Below, in pieces: positions 13,061 through 26,515 of a stretch of DNA of 64,000 nucleotides. Numbering within the stretch: the first letter of the stretch is position 1; the number at the start of each line of letters is the position of its first letter. Origin of the DNA: Ranitomeya imitator. Its lineage: Eukaryota. Below the pieces are notes generated by a model. It had not been told where the DNA came from. It saw only the letters and a program-made list of their open reading frames with translations, and did not search any database. The position numbers and the translations under genes are program-made. The stretch is from NCBI RefSeq assembly GCF_032444005.1, contig NC_091288.1:201748001-201812000 (forward strand). The letters run 5' to 3'.

Positions 13061-13349
13061 GGTCGATTATCACATTTCTAATGCTTATGCAACATTCTTA
13101 TTTTATCAGCATCATATCTCTGCCTCTAGTGTGGAGGGAGAACTCTTTTTCTTGAGTTTGGTGGTGGTGAAACCCCTAATTGTCTCAGTTTTTTTTTTTT
13201 TTAAACCCATTGAACTCCATAAAAAGATATATCAAAACAACCATTAAAGACATCAACTAGAACTAATTCTGCTAGTTTCTATGGGCCACTTCCATTTTAT
13301 GTCTACACTATTCTCATCCATTGGATCGTTATGTCACAAAACGTCCTAC

Positions 13350-13869
13350 CGGCATCCAGCTGGACCATCATGTATTCCCCACACTGATCTGGTCTCAGGA
13401 GCTTCAGCGCCAGCGCAGATTCTTTTCGCTTCATCTTCTCCTCCTTCTCCTGGTTCCGGATCTTCTCTTTCTCCTGCCTTTTGGCTTCTTTTTCCTTCCT
13501 CTGCTCGTCCGCCCGTAACCTATGAGCTTCCAATTCATCAGGATTTTTTCTCCTCCTGGTTCTTTTAGTTGGACTGGGAGTTGTGGAACCAGATAGAGGC
13601 ACAGGTAATGTAGATATAGGGACCTCAGTGGAAAGTTGAACTTTAGTCTTCAGATCAAGATCCATCTGTTTATTCTGAGATATCTTAGAGGCTTCAAGTT
13701 CTTCATGAAGACTTTCCTTTCTTGGCAATTCCGCAGTCTTGTTATCCGTCTCAACATTAGTAGACTCTTCCTCAGTCTCGGAGTCGGATATCTCCCAGGT
13801 TTTAGCCCTTTTTAGTATTCTGATTGGCGACCTTGAAATAAATCCTTTGTTGTGTTCAGTTTCCATCAT
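13350..13869 (-). CDS. EME2: EME2 first coding exon (MMETEH...TWEISDSE...ALKLLRPDQCGEYMMVQLDA)
   Basis: TWEISDS and ALxLLRPxQ motifs recalled from human EME2; G|GTAGGA donor; head-to-head with MRPS34 as in human. A polypyrimidine/AG near 13980 suggests an upstream non-coding exon. Confidence 0.88.
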
Positions 13870-14022
13870 GAAATGCCGTTGTGAGACATTAGATTTACTA
13901 TTTGTCCATGAATTGTATCATCTTCCTTAAATTAGGAGGTCTGCTGTCACAGATCAAGGATGGCTAGAAGATAGGAAGACTATCAGAATAAGAAAAACAG
14001 GATATACAAGGACAACACAGAG

Positions 14023-14175
14023 NNNNNNNNNNNNNNNNNNNNNNNNNNNNNNNNNNNNNNNNNNNNNNNNNNNNNNNNNNNNNNNNNNNNNNNNNNNNNN
14101 NNNNNNNNNNNNNNNNNNNNNNNNNNNNNNNNNNNNNNNNNNNNNNNNNNNNNNNNNNNNNNNNNNNNNNNNNNN
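14023..14175. other. Assembly gap
   Basis: Run of N. Confidence 0.99.
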
Positions 14176-14301
14176 TTAGTATTACTCTTTAGTGCCAACA
14201 TATTCAGATGTCCATATTCAGTCTGGAGCTGTTCACATTTTTGTGTTTATTAGGGCCCAATTCATTATTTTATTTGTAAATTTGTTGCCTGTTTTTCATT
14301 T

Positions 14302-17258
14302 ACATAGTAACATAGTAACATAGTTAGTAAGGCCGAAAAAAGACATTTGTCCATCCAGTTCAGCCTATATTCCATCATAATAAATCCCCAGATCTACGTC
14401 CTTCTACAGAACCTAATAATTGTATGATACAATATTGTTCTGCTCCAGGAAGACATCCAGGCCTCTCTTGAACCCCTCGACTGAGTTCGCCATCACCACC
14501 TCCTCAGGCAAGCAATTCCAGATTCTCACTGCCCTAACAGTAAAGAATCCTCTTCTATGTTGGTGGAAAAACCTTCTCTCCTCCAGACGCAAAGAATGCC
14601 CCCTTGTGCCCGTCACCTTCCTTGGTATAAACAGATCCTCAGCGAGATATTTGTATTGTCCCCTTATATACTTATACATGGTTATTAGATCGCCCCTCAG
14701 TCGTCTTTTTTCTAGACTAAATAATCCTAATTTCGCTAATCTATCTGGGTATTGTAGTTCTCCCATCCCCTTTATTAATTTTGTTGCCCTCCTTTGTACT
14801 CTCTCTAGTTCCATTATATCCTTCCTGAGCACCGGTGCCCAAAACTGGACACAGTACTCCATGTGCGGTCTAACTAGGGATTTGTACAGAGGCAGTATAA
14901 TGCTCTCATCATGTGTATCCAGACCTCTTTTAATGCACCCCATGATCCTGTTTGCCTTGGCAGCTGCTGCCTGGCACTGGCTGCTCCAGGTAAGTTTATC
15001 ATTAACTAGGATCCCCAAGTCCTTCTCCCTGTCAGATTTACCCAGTGGTTTCCCGTTCAGTGTGTAATGGTGATATTGATTCCCTCTTCCCATGTGTATA
15101 ACCTTACATTTATCATTGTTAAACCTCATCTGCCACCTTTCAGCCCAAGTTTCCAACTTATCCAGATCCATCTGTAGCAGAATACTATCTTCTCTTGTAT
15201 TAACTGCTTTACATAGTTTTGTATCATCTGCAAATATCGATATTTTACTGTGTAAACCTTCTACCAGATCATTAATGAATATGTTGAAGAGAACAGGTCC
15301 CAATACTGACCCCTGCAGTACCCCACTGGTCACAGCGACCCAGTTAGAGACTATACCATTTATAACCACCCTCTGCTTTCTATCACTAAGCCAGTTACTA
15401 ACCCATTTACACACATTTTCCCCCAGACCAAGCATTCTCATTTTGTGTACCAACCTCTTGTGCGGCACGGTATCAAACGCTTTGGAAAAATCGAGATATA
15501 CCACGTCCAATGACTCACCGTGGTCCAGTCTATAGCTTACCTCTTCATAAAAACTGATTAGATTGGTTTGACAGGAGCGATTTCTCATAAACCCATGCTG
15601 ATATGGAGTTAAACAGTTATTCTCATTGAGATAATCCAGAATAACATCCCTCAGAAACCCTTCAAATATTTTACCAACAATAGAGGTTAGACTTACTGGC
15701 CTATAATTTCCAGGTTCACTTTTAGAGCCCTTTTTGAATATTGGCACCACATTTGCTATGCGCCAGTCCTGCGGAACAGACCCTGTCGCTATAGAGTCAC
15801 TAAAAATAAGAAATAATGGTTTATCTATTACATTACTTAGTTCTCTTAGTACTCGTGGGTGTATGCCATCCGGACCCGGAGATTTATCTATTTTAATCTT
15901 ATTTAGCCGGTTTCGCACCTCTTCTTGGGTTAGATTGGTGACCCTTAATATAGGGTTTTCATTGTTTCTTGGGATTTCACCTAGCATTTCATTTTCCACC
16001 GTGAATACCGTGGAGAAGAAGGTGTTTAATATGTTAGCTTTTTCCTCGTCATCTACAACCATTCTTTCCTCACTATTTTTTAAGGGGCCTACATTTTCAG
16101 TTTTTATTCTTTTACTATTGATATAGTTGAAGAACAGTTTGGGATTAGTTTTACTCTCCTTAGCAATGTGCTTCTCTGTTTCCTTTTTGGCAGCTTTAAT
16201 TAGTTTTTTAGATAAAGTATTTTTCTCCCTATAGTTTTTTAGAGCTTCAATGGTGCCATCCTGCTTTAGTAGTGCAAATGCTTTCTTTTTACTGTTAATT
16301 GCCTGTCTTACTTCTTTGTTTAGCCACATTGGGTTTTTCCTATTTCTAGTCCTTTTATTCCCACAAGGTATAAACCGCTTACACTGCCTATTTAGGATGT
16401 TCTTAAACATTTCCCATTTATTATCTGTATTCTCATTTCTGAGGATATTGTCCCAGTCTACCAGATTAAGGGCATCTCTAAGCTGTTCAAACTTTGCCTT
16501 CCTAAAGTTCAATGTTTTTGTGACTCCCTGACAAGTCCCCCTAGTGAAAGACAGGTGAAACTGCACAATATTGTGGTCGCTATTTCCTAAATGCCCAACC
16601 ACCTGCAGATTTGTTATTCTGTCAGGTCTATTAGATAGTATTAGGTCTAAAAGTGCTGCTCCTCTGGTTGGATTCTGCACCAATTGTGAAAGATAATTTT
16701 TCTTGGTTATTAGCAGAAACCTGTTGCCTTTATGGGTTTCACAGGTTTCTGTTTCCCAGTTAATATCCGGGTAGTTAAAGTCCCCCATAACCAGGACCTC
16801 ATTATGGGTTGCAGCTTCATCTATCTGCTTTAGAAGTAGACTTTCCATGCTTTCTGTTATATTTGGGGGTTTGTAACAGACCCCAATGAGAATTTTGTTA
16901 CCATTTTTCCCTCCATGAATTTCAACCCATATGGACTCGACATCCTCATTCCCTTCGCTAATATCCTCCCTTAAAGTGGACTTTAGACAAGACTTTACAT
17001 AGAGACAAACCCCTCCTCCTCTCCGATTTTTACGATCCTTTCTAAACAGACTGTAACCCTGTAACTTAACTGCCCAGTCATAGCTTTCATCTAACCATGT
17101 CTCGGTTATTCCCACTATGTCAAAGTTACCTGTAGATATTTCTGCTTCTAGTTCTTCCATCTTGTTTGTCAGGCTTCTGGCGTTTGCGAGCATGCAGTTT
17201 AGAGGATTTTGTTTTGTTCCAATCTCCTCACTGTGGATTGTTTTAGAAATGTTCTTAC
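14302..17258 (-). mobile_element. CR1 LINE, 5'-truncated, with uninterrupted ORF2
   Basis: 926-aa ORF plus 3' UTR ending in (TTACTATG)n tail; no ORF1 seen. Confidence 0.95.
14413..17193 (-). CDS. CR1 ORF2: APE endonuclease + reverse transcriptase
   Basis: ITETW, GDFNYPDINW, SDH endonuclease motifs; KSPGPDG, YLDFSKAFD, GVLQGSVLGP, FADD RT motifs. Confidence 0.93.
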   Translation of the reverse strand: MLANARSLTNKMEELEAEISTGNFDIVGITETWLDESYDWAVKLQGYSLFRKDRKNRRGGGVCLYVKSCLKSTLREDISEGNEDVESIWVEIHGGKNGNKILIGVCYKPPNITESMESLLLKQIDEAATHNEVLVMGDFNYPDINWETETCETHKGNRFLLITKKNYLSQLVQNPTRGAALLDLILSNRPDRITNLQVVGHLGNSDHNIVQFHLSFTRGTCQGVTKTLNFRKAKFEQLRDALNLVDWDNILRNENTDNKWEMFKNILNRQCKRFIPCGNKRTRNRKNPMWLNKEVRQAINSKKKAFALLKQDGTIEALKNYREKNTLSKKLIKAAKKETEKHIAKESKTNPKLFFNYINSKRIKTENVGPLKNSEERMVVDDEEKANILNTFFSTVFTVENEMLGEIPRNNENPILRVTNLTQEEVRNRLNKIKIDKSPGPDGIHPRVLRELSNVIDKPLFLIFSDSIATGSVPQDWRIANVVPIFKKGSKSEPGNYRPVSLTSIVGKIFEGFLRDVILDYLNENNCLTPYQHGFMRNRSCQTNLISFYEEVSYRLDHGESLDVVYLDFSKAFDTVPHKRLVHKMRMLGLGENVCKWVSNWLSDRKQRVVINGIVSNWVAVTSGVLQGSVLGPVLFNIFINDLVEGLHSKISIFADDTKLCKAVNTREDSILLQMDLDKLETWAERWQMRFNNDKCKVIHMGRGNQYHHYTLNGKPLGKSDREKDLGILVNDKLTWSSQCQAAAAKANRIMGCIKRGLDTHDESIILPLYKSLVRPHMEYCVQFWAPVLRKDIMELERVQRRATKLIKGMGELQYPDRLAKLGLFSLEKRRLRGDLITMYKYIRGQYKYLAEDLFIPRKVTGTRGHSLRLEERRFFHQHRRGFFTVRAVRIWNCLPEEVVMANSVEGFKRGLDVFLEQNNIVSYNY

Positions 17259-18144
17259 CTCCCTTTGGATTATGATCATCCTCCTTTTAATTTGTGCCTG
17301 CTTTTTTTTTTTTTTATTAGTGTTTATAATTGTGGGCAGGGTTTGGGATTTCCAGATGTTTTCAACAGATCTATCGAATATTTTTGCACAGATGTTTTTA
17401 AGGCATCTCACACTACCAAATCAAATCTCTTGCTTTGCACTTAGGAGGAGCAAACGCCCCGAAACACGTGTCTGCAAACAGAGTATCTGGTTTGGCTTTT
17501 ATCCTAAGTTATGTGGTCAATATTGACTTGTGGGATTGCTACATTCAATAGGAGGCGGTAGTGTCTAAATTATCTCTCTGAGGAGATTTTGCATATTTAA
17601 AGAGACTATCCACTGCTTTTACACCGACTCACTATTATTATGATAGGGCATCAATGTCGGATTGGCCGGGGTCCGCTAAGCTGTAATTGGTGGTGGCTGC
17701 CGACTGGACGTACTTACTTGCGGAGCTTGGCTGTCTACTTGTATGGTCCAGGGCTTGTTACTGCACATCCACCTCCTACTGAATTAAATAGGAGGCAGAG
17801 GTGTACAACCCCGGGGCTGCCACTACGAGTAGACAGCCAGACTCCATATTTAGGTACTACCAGCTGGCACCGACATTTAGCAGAACACGCCATTGTTTGG
17901 GCTAAACAGGCTAAGGACAGAAATAAACAGCATTGTTTACTTTGCGCAAAACTCTCATTATGTGCATCATTTTGAAGATTGTGGTGCAAACAACAAAAAA
18001 ATAAGACAGAAAAAAAAAATAAATAAAGACATTTAAAATAAACAGCAAAAAGTTAATCAGGCCCCAGAAAAAATAATTGTCAACTAAATGTGGCCTTCAA
18101 CCAGTTTCACATGCCCGATCCACGGTCGGTCCAGACAGCGAGGA

Positions 18145-18525
18145 CGTGTAAAGCCATCCCTAAGGTGGTGAAGGCCATCCCTAAGGTGGTGAAGGCCATC
18201 CCTAAGGTGGTGAAGGCCATCCCTAAGGTGGTGAAGGCCATCTCTAAGGTGGTGAAGGCCATCCCTAAGGTGGGGAGGGTCATCCCTAAGGTGGGGAGGG
18301 TCATCCCTAAGGTGGGGAGGGTCATCCCTAAGGTGGGGAGGGTCATCCCTAAGGTGGGGAGGGTCATCCCTAAGGTGGGGAGGGTCATCCCTAAGGTGGG
18401 GAGGGTCATCCCTAAGGTGGTGAGGGTCATCCCTAAGGTGGTGAAGGCCATCCCTAAGGTGGTGAAGGCCATCCCTAGGGTGGTGAAGGCCATCCCTAAG
18501 GTGGTGAAGATCATCCCTAAGAGCT
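18145..18525. repeat. 21-bp minisatellite (ATCCCTAAGGTGGTGAAGGCC)n
   Basis: About 18 tandem units with two variant types. Confidence 0.95.
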
Positions 18526-19229
18526 GACAAGTATGGCAGATGGTCTCTAATAAAGGAATAAGTTGTGATGACCATGTTATCAGCGGCCATGTTATTGGTG
18601 TCATCCTTTTATGATCATTTGAAGAAGACTGTCCATAATTAGGAAAATATAGTGTGTTTTGTTTTAATACTGAAACAGTGCCACCATTAACCACAGGTTG
18701 TGTCTGGTATTGCATCTCCTGAGTGTCCATTCCCATGGGATAGAGCTGTAATATCACACAGTGGACAGGTGTTTGGCCGTTTCCAGAAGAAAACGTTTCT
18801 AAATGTGCACAACCTCTCTAAACTGCACAACTATATCTCAGCAGTTACTTACATGACATCTGCAATTAAGCACCAGCCAGATTCTGCACTTTCTTCTTGG
18901 ATATCCCCCCATGTGCAAGGCAGGGTGTAGATTAGTCCCTCTGCCAAAACATGGCTCCGTCAAAACGTCTCCTTCATAAAGACAACTTCATTCTCATTTC
19001 CTAAACACAGGGTCACATGACCAGCAGGAAACGTCACATGGGAGGGCTGTCAGCGTCCATTCTTCTTTCGGGCAGCCCGTTTTTAACCTATTACGACAAT
19101 TAACATCATTGTTATTCTTTTATATTCCGGATACAACTCAGAATGAACACAATGCAGACACCAATGACGGATTCTAAATGCATCTGCCCAGTGCTAATGC
19201 AGTTTAACTTGTTGTAAATAAAGTTAATT

Positions 19230-19374
19230 GAAAAAAAAAAAATCTTCTTTGCCGGAATGCGCGTCGCTCGGATCACGTGACTGTGTTGACAGCGCTCTGA
19301 CGTCATCAGACCGCGACATTTGCTGGAGATTCTGGGGTCACCCTCACGTGTTTGCGTTTCTGCAGTGCGGGAAC
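19230..19374. promoter_or_regulatory. CpG-rich putative bidirectional promoter for MRPS34/EME2
   Basis: CpG-dense; E-box TCACGTGA 19273-19280, CRE TGACGTCA 19298-19305, second CACGTG near 19346; directly upstream of the MRPS34 ATG. Confidence 0.6.
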
Positions 19375-19488
19375 ATGGCCAAGAAAAAGCAGTTAGGGCG
19401 CATTGCCGAGATGGCCCGAAAGATCCGGGCTTACAGGGAGCTGAAGAACCGGCCGCGGGACAACCAGCGCTATGCTTTGGATTATGAG
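19375..19488 (+). CDS. MRPS34: MRPS34 exon 1 (MAKKKQLGRIAEMARKIRAYRELKNRPRDNQRYALDYE)
   Basis: Resembles human [39 protein letters not shown]; GT donor at 19489. Confidence 0.93.
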
Positions 19489-19718
19489 GTTATTGCGTCT
19501 TCTGCAGTGCGGAATAAAAGTCGCATGCGATTTGTTTACCCTCCTAATAGAAGTATTGTGTCGCATTGTATGCAGCTGCTGATTGCACTAGTGTTGCTGC
19601 TTTACTGTGACACCTTATTCCATTCATTACAGTGAGATGTATGAGTTATTACAGTACCACAATCCCATAGATTAGGTCTCTAGTCCAAGGTTCTGATTCT
19701 CACCATTTCTGTTTTCAG

Positions 19719-19922
19719 ACCATGACCAGACCCTTCAGTGGGAAACGCCTGCCAGTTCTCGCATGGGAAGATGTAAAGAACGAGAAGAGACTTTTCACTC
19801 TGCTCTCTGGGCTGCGGGCATTTGGAGTGGGGCGAATGGTGACGAGGAAGTCGTGGCTGGAGGAATGTAATGAGCCCTGTTACTGGATCATAACTAAGGT
19901 CAAAGTGGATTACACAGCCGAG
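19719..19922 (+). CDS. MRPS34: MRPS34 exon 2
   Basis: [11 protein letters not shown]...[11 protein letters not shown]...EPCYW...DYTAE; AG/GT bounded. Confidence 0.95.
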
Positions 19923-21081
19923 GTGAGGACGGTGGGATTCATTGGGGTATTCCAGGGCCTGACATTTATTTTCTATCCATGGGATTGATGTTAGATCTCC
20001 AGGAGACAGACCACCGGAGCCCCTCATCTGCTAGACTCTGTTTTCCATAAAGTTGTGTGTAGCAGATGTGGGCAAGACTGAACTCTCTTTGGTGTCTCTC
20101 GTAGTGATGATTTGGGCATCTGGAATTTCTATATTTAAGGCTGAAATATCGCTTCAAAAGGCATTTCAGAGCAAAGGAGTTATTACTCATCCACAGGATA
20201 GGTGATACTATTTAGATTAGTGGGGTCTGAGTCCCCCATCCCCACTCCATTCATTGTTTCTGGGACTGCCAAAGCCCTGTAATACATTTTCCCCAGCAGT
20301 CTCATAGGGAATAAACAGTGCAGTGGTCGAGCATATGCAGCTCCACTCCATTGTAACTGGGATCCAGGGCCGGCGTCAGCACCCGGCGTACCAGGGCAAG
20401 TACCGGGGCCCTGAACAAATGGGGGGGCCCACTCATGGCCGGGATACCAAGGGGCCCGGGCCGCTCCCCCAGCAGCTTCGGCACTATTTGAGCTCAGCCG
20501 TCACTTAAATAAACATGGCCGCGCACAGTGCACTCTGCAGTGATGTCTCTGCTAGTAATGACGCGGACGGGCAGACACACAAGCAAAGTTAAAGGCACAG
20601 TGTCTGCCTGACCGCATCATTAGCACTGTGAGTGGCCATGTCTGTTTAACAGGTGTGGAACAGTGCACAAAGAGCTTGGCCACACCACAGCTAAAATTAA
20701 AGGCTTTGTCCAGGATCAGAAACACGTGGCTGCTTCCTAAAACAGCATCCCTTGAATTTGTTCAATCCTTGAAACCACTATGCAGAAATGGTCGGCACAC
20801 CAGACGCTGGTCTGCTCCTGCGTTAGCGTGCACAGCAGTGTTTGTACTCCTAGATTTTCTGTTGTGCCTGTAGTTAACTGAGCACTTCTGACCTGTGATT
20901 TTAGCAATCAGTGGGAACCACAAGACCTGCACCCCCACCAAACTACAGTTTGAGAGAAATTCTAAAAAAATCTACTGAAAATGTAGTTATACCTTACTGT
21001 GTGATAACTGACCTTATAAAGACAGAGATGTCAAGGTGACTTTATATATGGGCACATGAAAATCTCATTTTCTTCTTATAG

Positions 21082-21124
21082 AATATGGACTTTGGTCAGG
21101 CTTGGGGTTACTTAACATTTAGAG
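21082..21124 (+). CDS. MRPS34: MRPS34 exon 3 (NMDFGQAWGYLTFRG)
   Basis: Resembles NLDHGKAWGILTFKG; AG/GT bounded, phase 0 to 1. Confidence 0.92.
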
Positions 21125-21555
21125 GTAAGTGTTTACATAATACATCTCTCCACCCCAGTAATGATGCACAATAAACTTTTTCTTAATTCTGCTAATACCC
21201 AAAAACATATTAAGTGTAGAAACTAGTTACTAACGGATGTGCTTGAATAAGGTATTATCGGAACATGCGTGTGTGCTAACAGTGTGTATTTGGCGTGCTC
21301 ATTTTCAAGGTAATCCCTGCATGTGTTGCAGCTGTCGAACAGCCACGAGACATTCAGCTGCAGGGACTCAAACATATTTTTCGGGCACGCCGGAGACACT
21401 CAGCCCCTGAGCATGCTCAGATAACACTTTATTCGAGTATGTTTGCTCATCACTAGTAGAAACGCTTCTTTGATTATTGGGTATAAATATAGCTGTGTGA
21501 CTGTTCTGATCATATTCCCCCTGGCACTTTCTTCCCTGTTATTTCTTCTAACCAG

Positions 21556-21842
21556 GTAAACAAGAGTCTGAGGAGACCGAGATAAGCAAAGTTATGTATC
21601 ACGACTGGCGTGTTGTACCTCGGCATGAAGAGGATGACTTTAAAAACTTTACCCCTATGCCCGAGCCGGAATCCTTGACCCATGTGCTGTACCCACCTCT
21701 CTTGAGAGCCATAATGTTGGCCGGAATGCAGAAAGAGGGAAAACAAATAACTGAACCTCTACTGGATCTCCAGAGAAGACGCATCTTCTCTAGAGAGAAG
21801 TTTGAAGAGGAACGAAAGGCCAGACTGGGGACACCGGTGTGA
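21556..21842 (+). CDS. MRPS34: MRPS34 exon 4 (terminal)
   Basis: VMYHDWRVVPRHEE...YPPLLRAIM...GTPV then stop. Confidence 0.95.
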
Positions 21843-22041
21843 TAATGACATTTTTGTCTTCAGAATCCAGCCTGTGTATAATGAACACTTATTGTAAAAG
21901 CAAAAAAGAGAAAAAGGATCACATCCGCACAGCTGCAGCCAAACTAACCACCTAGCATAGCAATCAAATAATGCTGAGAGTCCCACACGGCAGCTCCAGT
22001 GGTGCAGTATCCAAGAAAAACAAAACAAACAATGTCCAAAT

Positions 22042-22266
22042 GTATAAGAAGAGAGGAACGCACTCACCAGGCAGATAAAATCCAATCCTTTATTGCAGCA
22101 TGGACAAACTTAGCAGGGAGGGGAGTGGAGGATGACGGACGACGGGACCCGTAGAAGCGCTCGTAAGCGTGAAACGGCCGTCGTCCGTCATCCTCCACTC
22201 CCCTCCAAGCTGCAATAAAGGATTGGATTTTATCTGCCCGGTGAGTGCGTTCCTCTCTTCTTATAC
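22042..22266. mobile_element. Palindromic hairpin element
   Basis: GTATAAGAAGAGAGGAACGCACTCACC ... GGTGAGTGCGTTCCTCTCTTCTTATAC inverted arms. Confidence 0.7.
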
Positions 22267-23487
22267 GTTTGAACACTTATTGTGCCTAGGGTATGGTGTT
22301 GTGCCACAGGTCTGGCATCATATTTCTGGATCACGTGGAAATCCATAGACTGTGATCTATGTAGTCCTGTAAGTGTGTAGGGGGCGTTGTACCTGTTTAC
22401 TTGTATAAATGGATGTGCACTTTTTGGAGCTACTGGAATTGTGTTTGTCTTAAGTGGCACCAGGCACTAATTGGTTATCAAGGGTTAATGCACAGGTCAG
22501 TCATATTTACTGATCTGTATTAAACTCCACTTTTATTCTTATTCTGAGATGCCAGGTTGCATAATTTATGAACTGCTTATTTCCAATTCATTGTTTTGCA
22601 ATATGTTGTCTAAAGTTCATAAATGGGTAAAATTGCAAACTGCTTGTAAAAACAACTTTGAAATTTACTCCTTATTAAAAATCTTTTCCATTCTCCAGCG
22701 TGAATGGACTTTTATAGCATAAATATTGATTGGATTTCCGGCCAGCGCTGCAGTCCCAGCGTGGCCAATTACAAAGGCGAAATATATGTGGTAAGAGCTG
22801 GCTCTGTGCTTTACAAACTGTTTTTCATCTGACTGGATCCGATCAGCCTTCTTTCCTCTGCCTCATTCCTATGCTGCAGAGGTAAAGCTGCCTCTGCAGC
22901 CAAGGAGAGCGCACAGTTTGGACCAGCGGTGCAGACAAGACATTAGTCTTCACCATCAATCTTCAAGAGGACAACCGCCCTGAAAAGAAGGCAGCCGAGA
23001 ACTGTGTACGTCGGCATCATCATACAACCCTTCTAAAGGCATATTTTTATCTTATAAAGGTCTAAGGAGTACCGTTTCTGTTTGTAGAAACCTCCAGCTC
23101 AGAAAGGGAGACTTATAGGTGAGGCAAATCTTCCTGGGAGGGAAAATGTATACAAATGTTCACTCCTCCAAGTGGAAGAAAGCTGACTGCCTTGTATTAC
23201 CTATTGGGATGCCCAGCCATTAACAAGCATTGTCCGATAACTTAGGACAGGGAGTAGCAACATTTAGTGTTTGTATAATGGCCTACATGTGAATATATGC
23301 TCTAAATGGTCAGTGCTCCCTATTTAAACTGGGTTCACACTTTGTTGTTTTGAGATCCGTGTGAATGGATCGGCAATAGGTCTCCTGATCCATACTCAAC
23401 AGTCTCCTAGACATACATGAGATCTACTACAGGCCCAAAAATTACAGTGGATGATAAACGGACATGAATACTGCCTTATAAATTTAG

Positions 23488-23765
23488 TAGTGATGAGCAA
23501 ATATACTCGTTATTCGAGATTTATCGAGCATGCTCGGAGGTCCTCCGAGTATTTTTAGTGCTCGGAGACTGTTTTTCTTGTCACAGCTGAATGATTTACA
23601 TCTGTTAGCCAGCATAAGTACATGTGGGGGTTGCCTGGTTGCTAGGGAACCCCCACATGTAGTCAAGCTGGCTAACATGTAAATCATTCCACTGCGGCAA
23701 GAAAAACTAAATCTCTGTGCACTAAAAAATAAATCTCGAATAACGAGTATATTTGCTCATCACTA
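23488..23765. mobile_element. hAT-type MITE
   Basis: TAGTGATGAGCAAATATACTCGTTATTCGAG inverted termini; 8-bp target duplication AAATTTAG. Confidence 0.88.
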
Positions 23766-23835
23766 AAATTTAGTAATACATTTTGAGACAAAAGTTTTCT
23801 CACTTCCCTCCGAGATTTATATGGTAAGCCATTAA

Positions 23836-26481
<2,646 letters not shown>

Positions 26482-26515
26482 TGATGTTATAAAAGAGAAT
26501 CTGCCGAAATCCAAA

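Noticed and set aside
22699-22745. Faint resemblance to NME3 (REWTFIA versus ERTFLAVKPDG)
   Set aside because: An immediate stop and no continuing similarity; likely chance.
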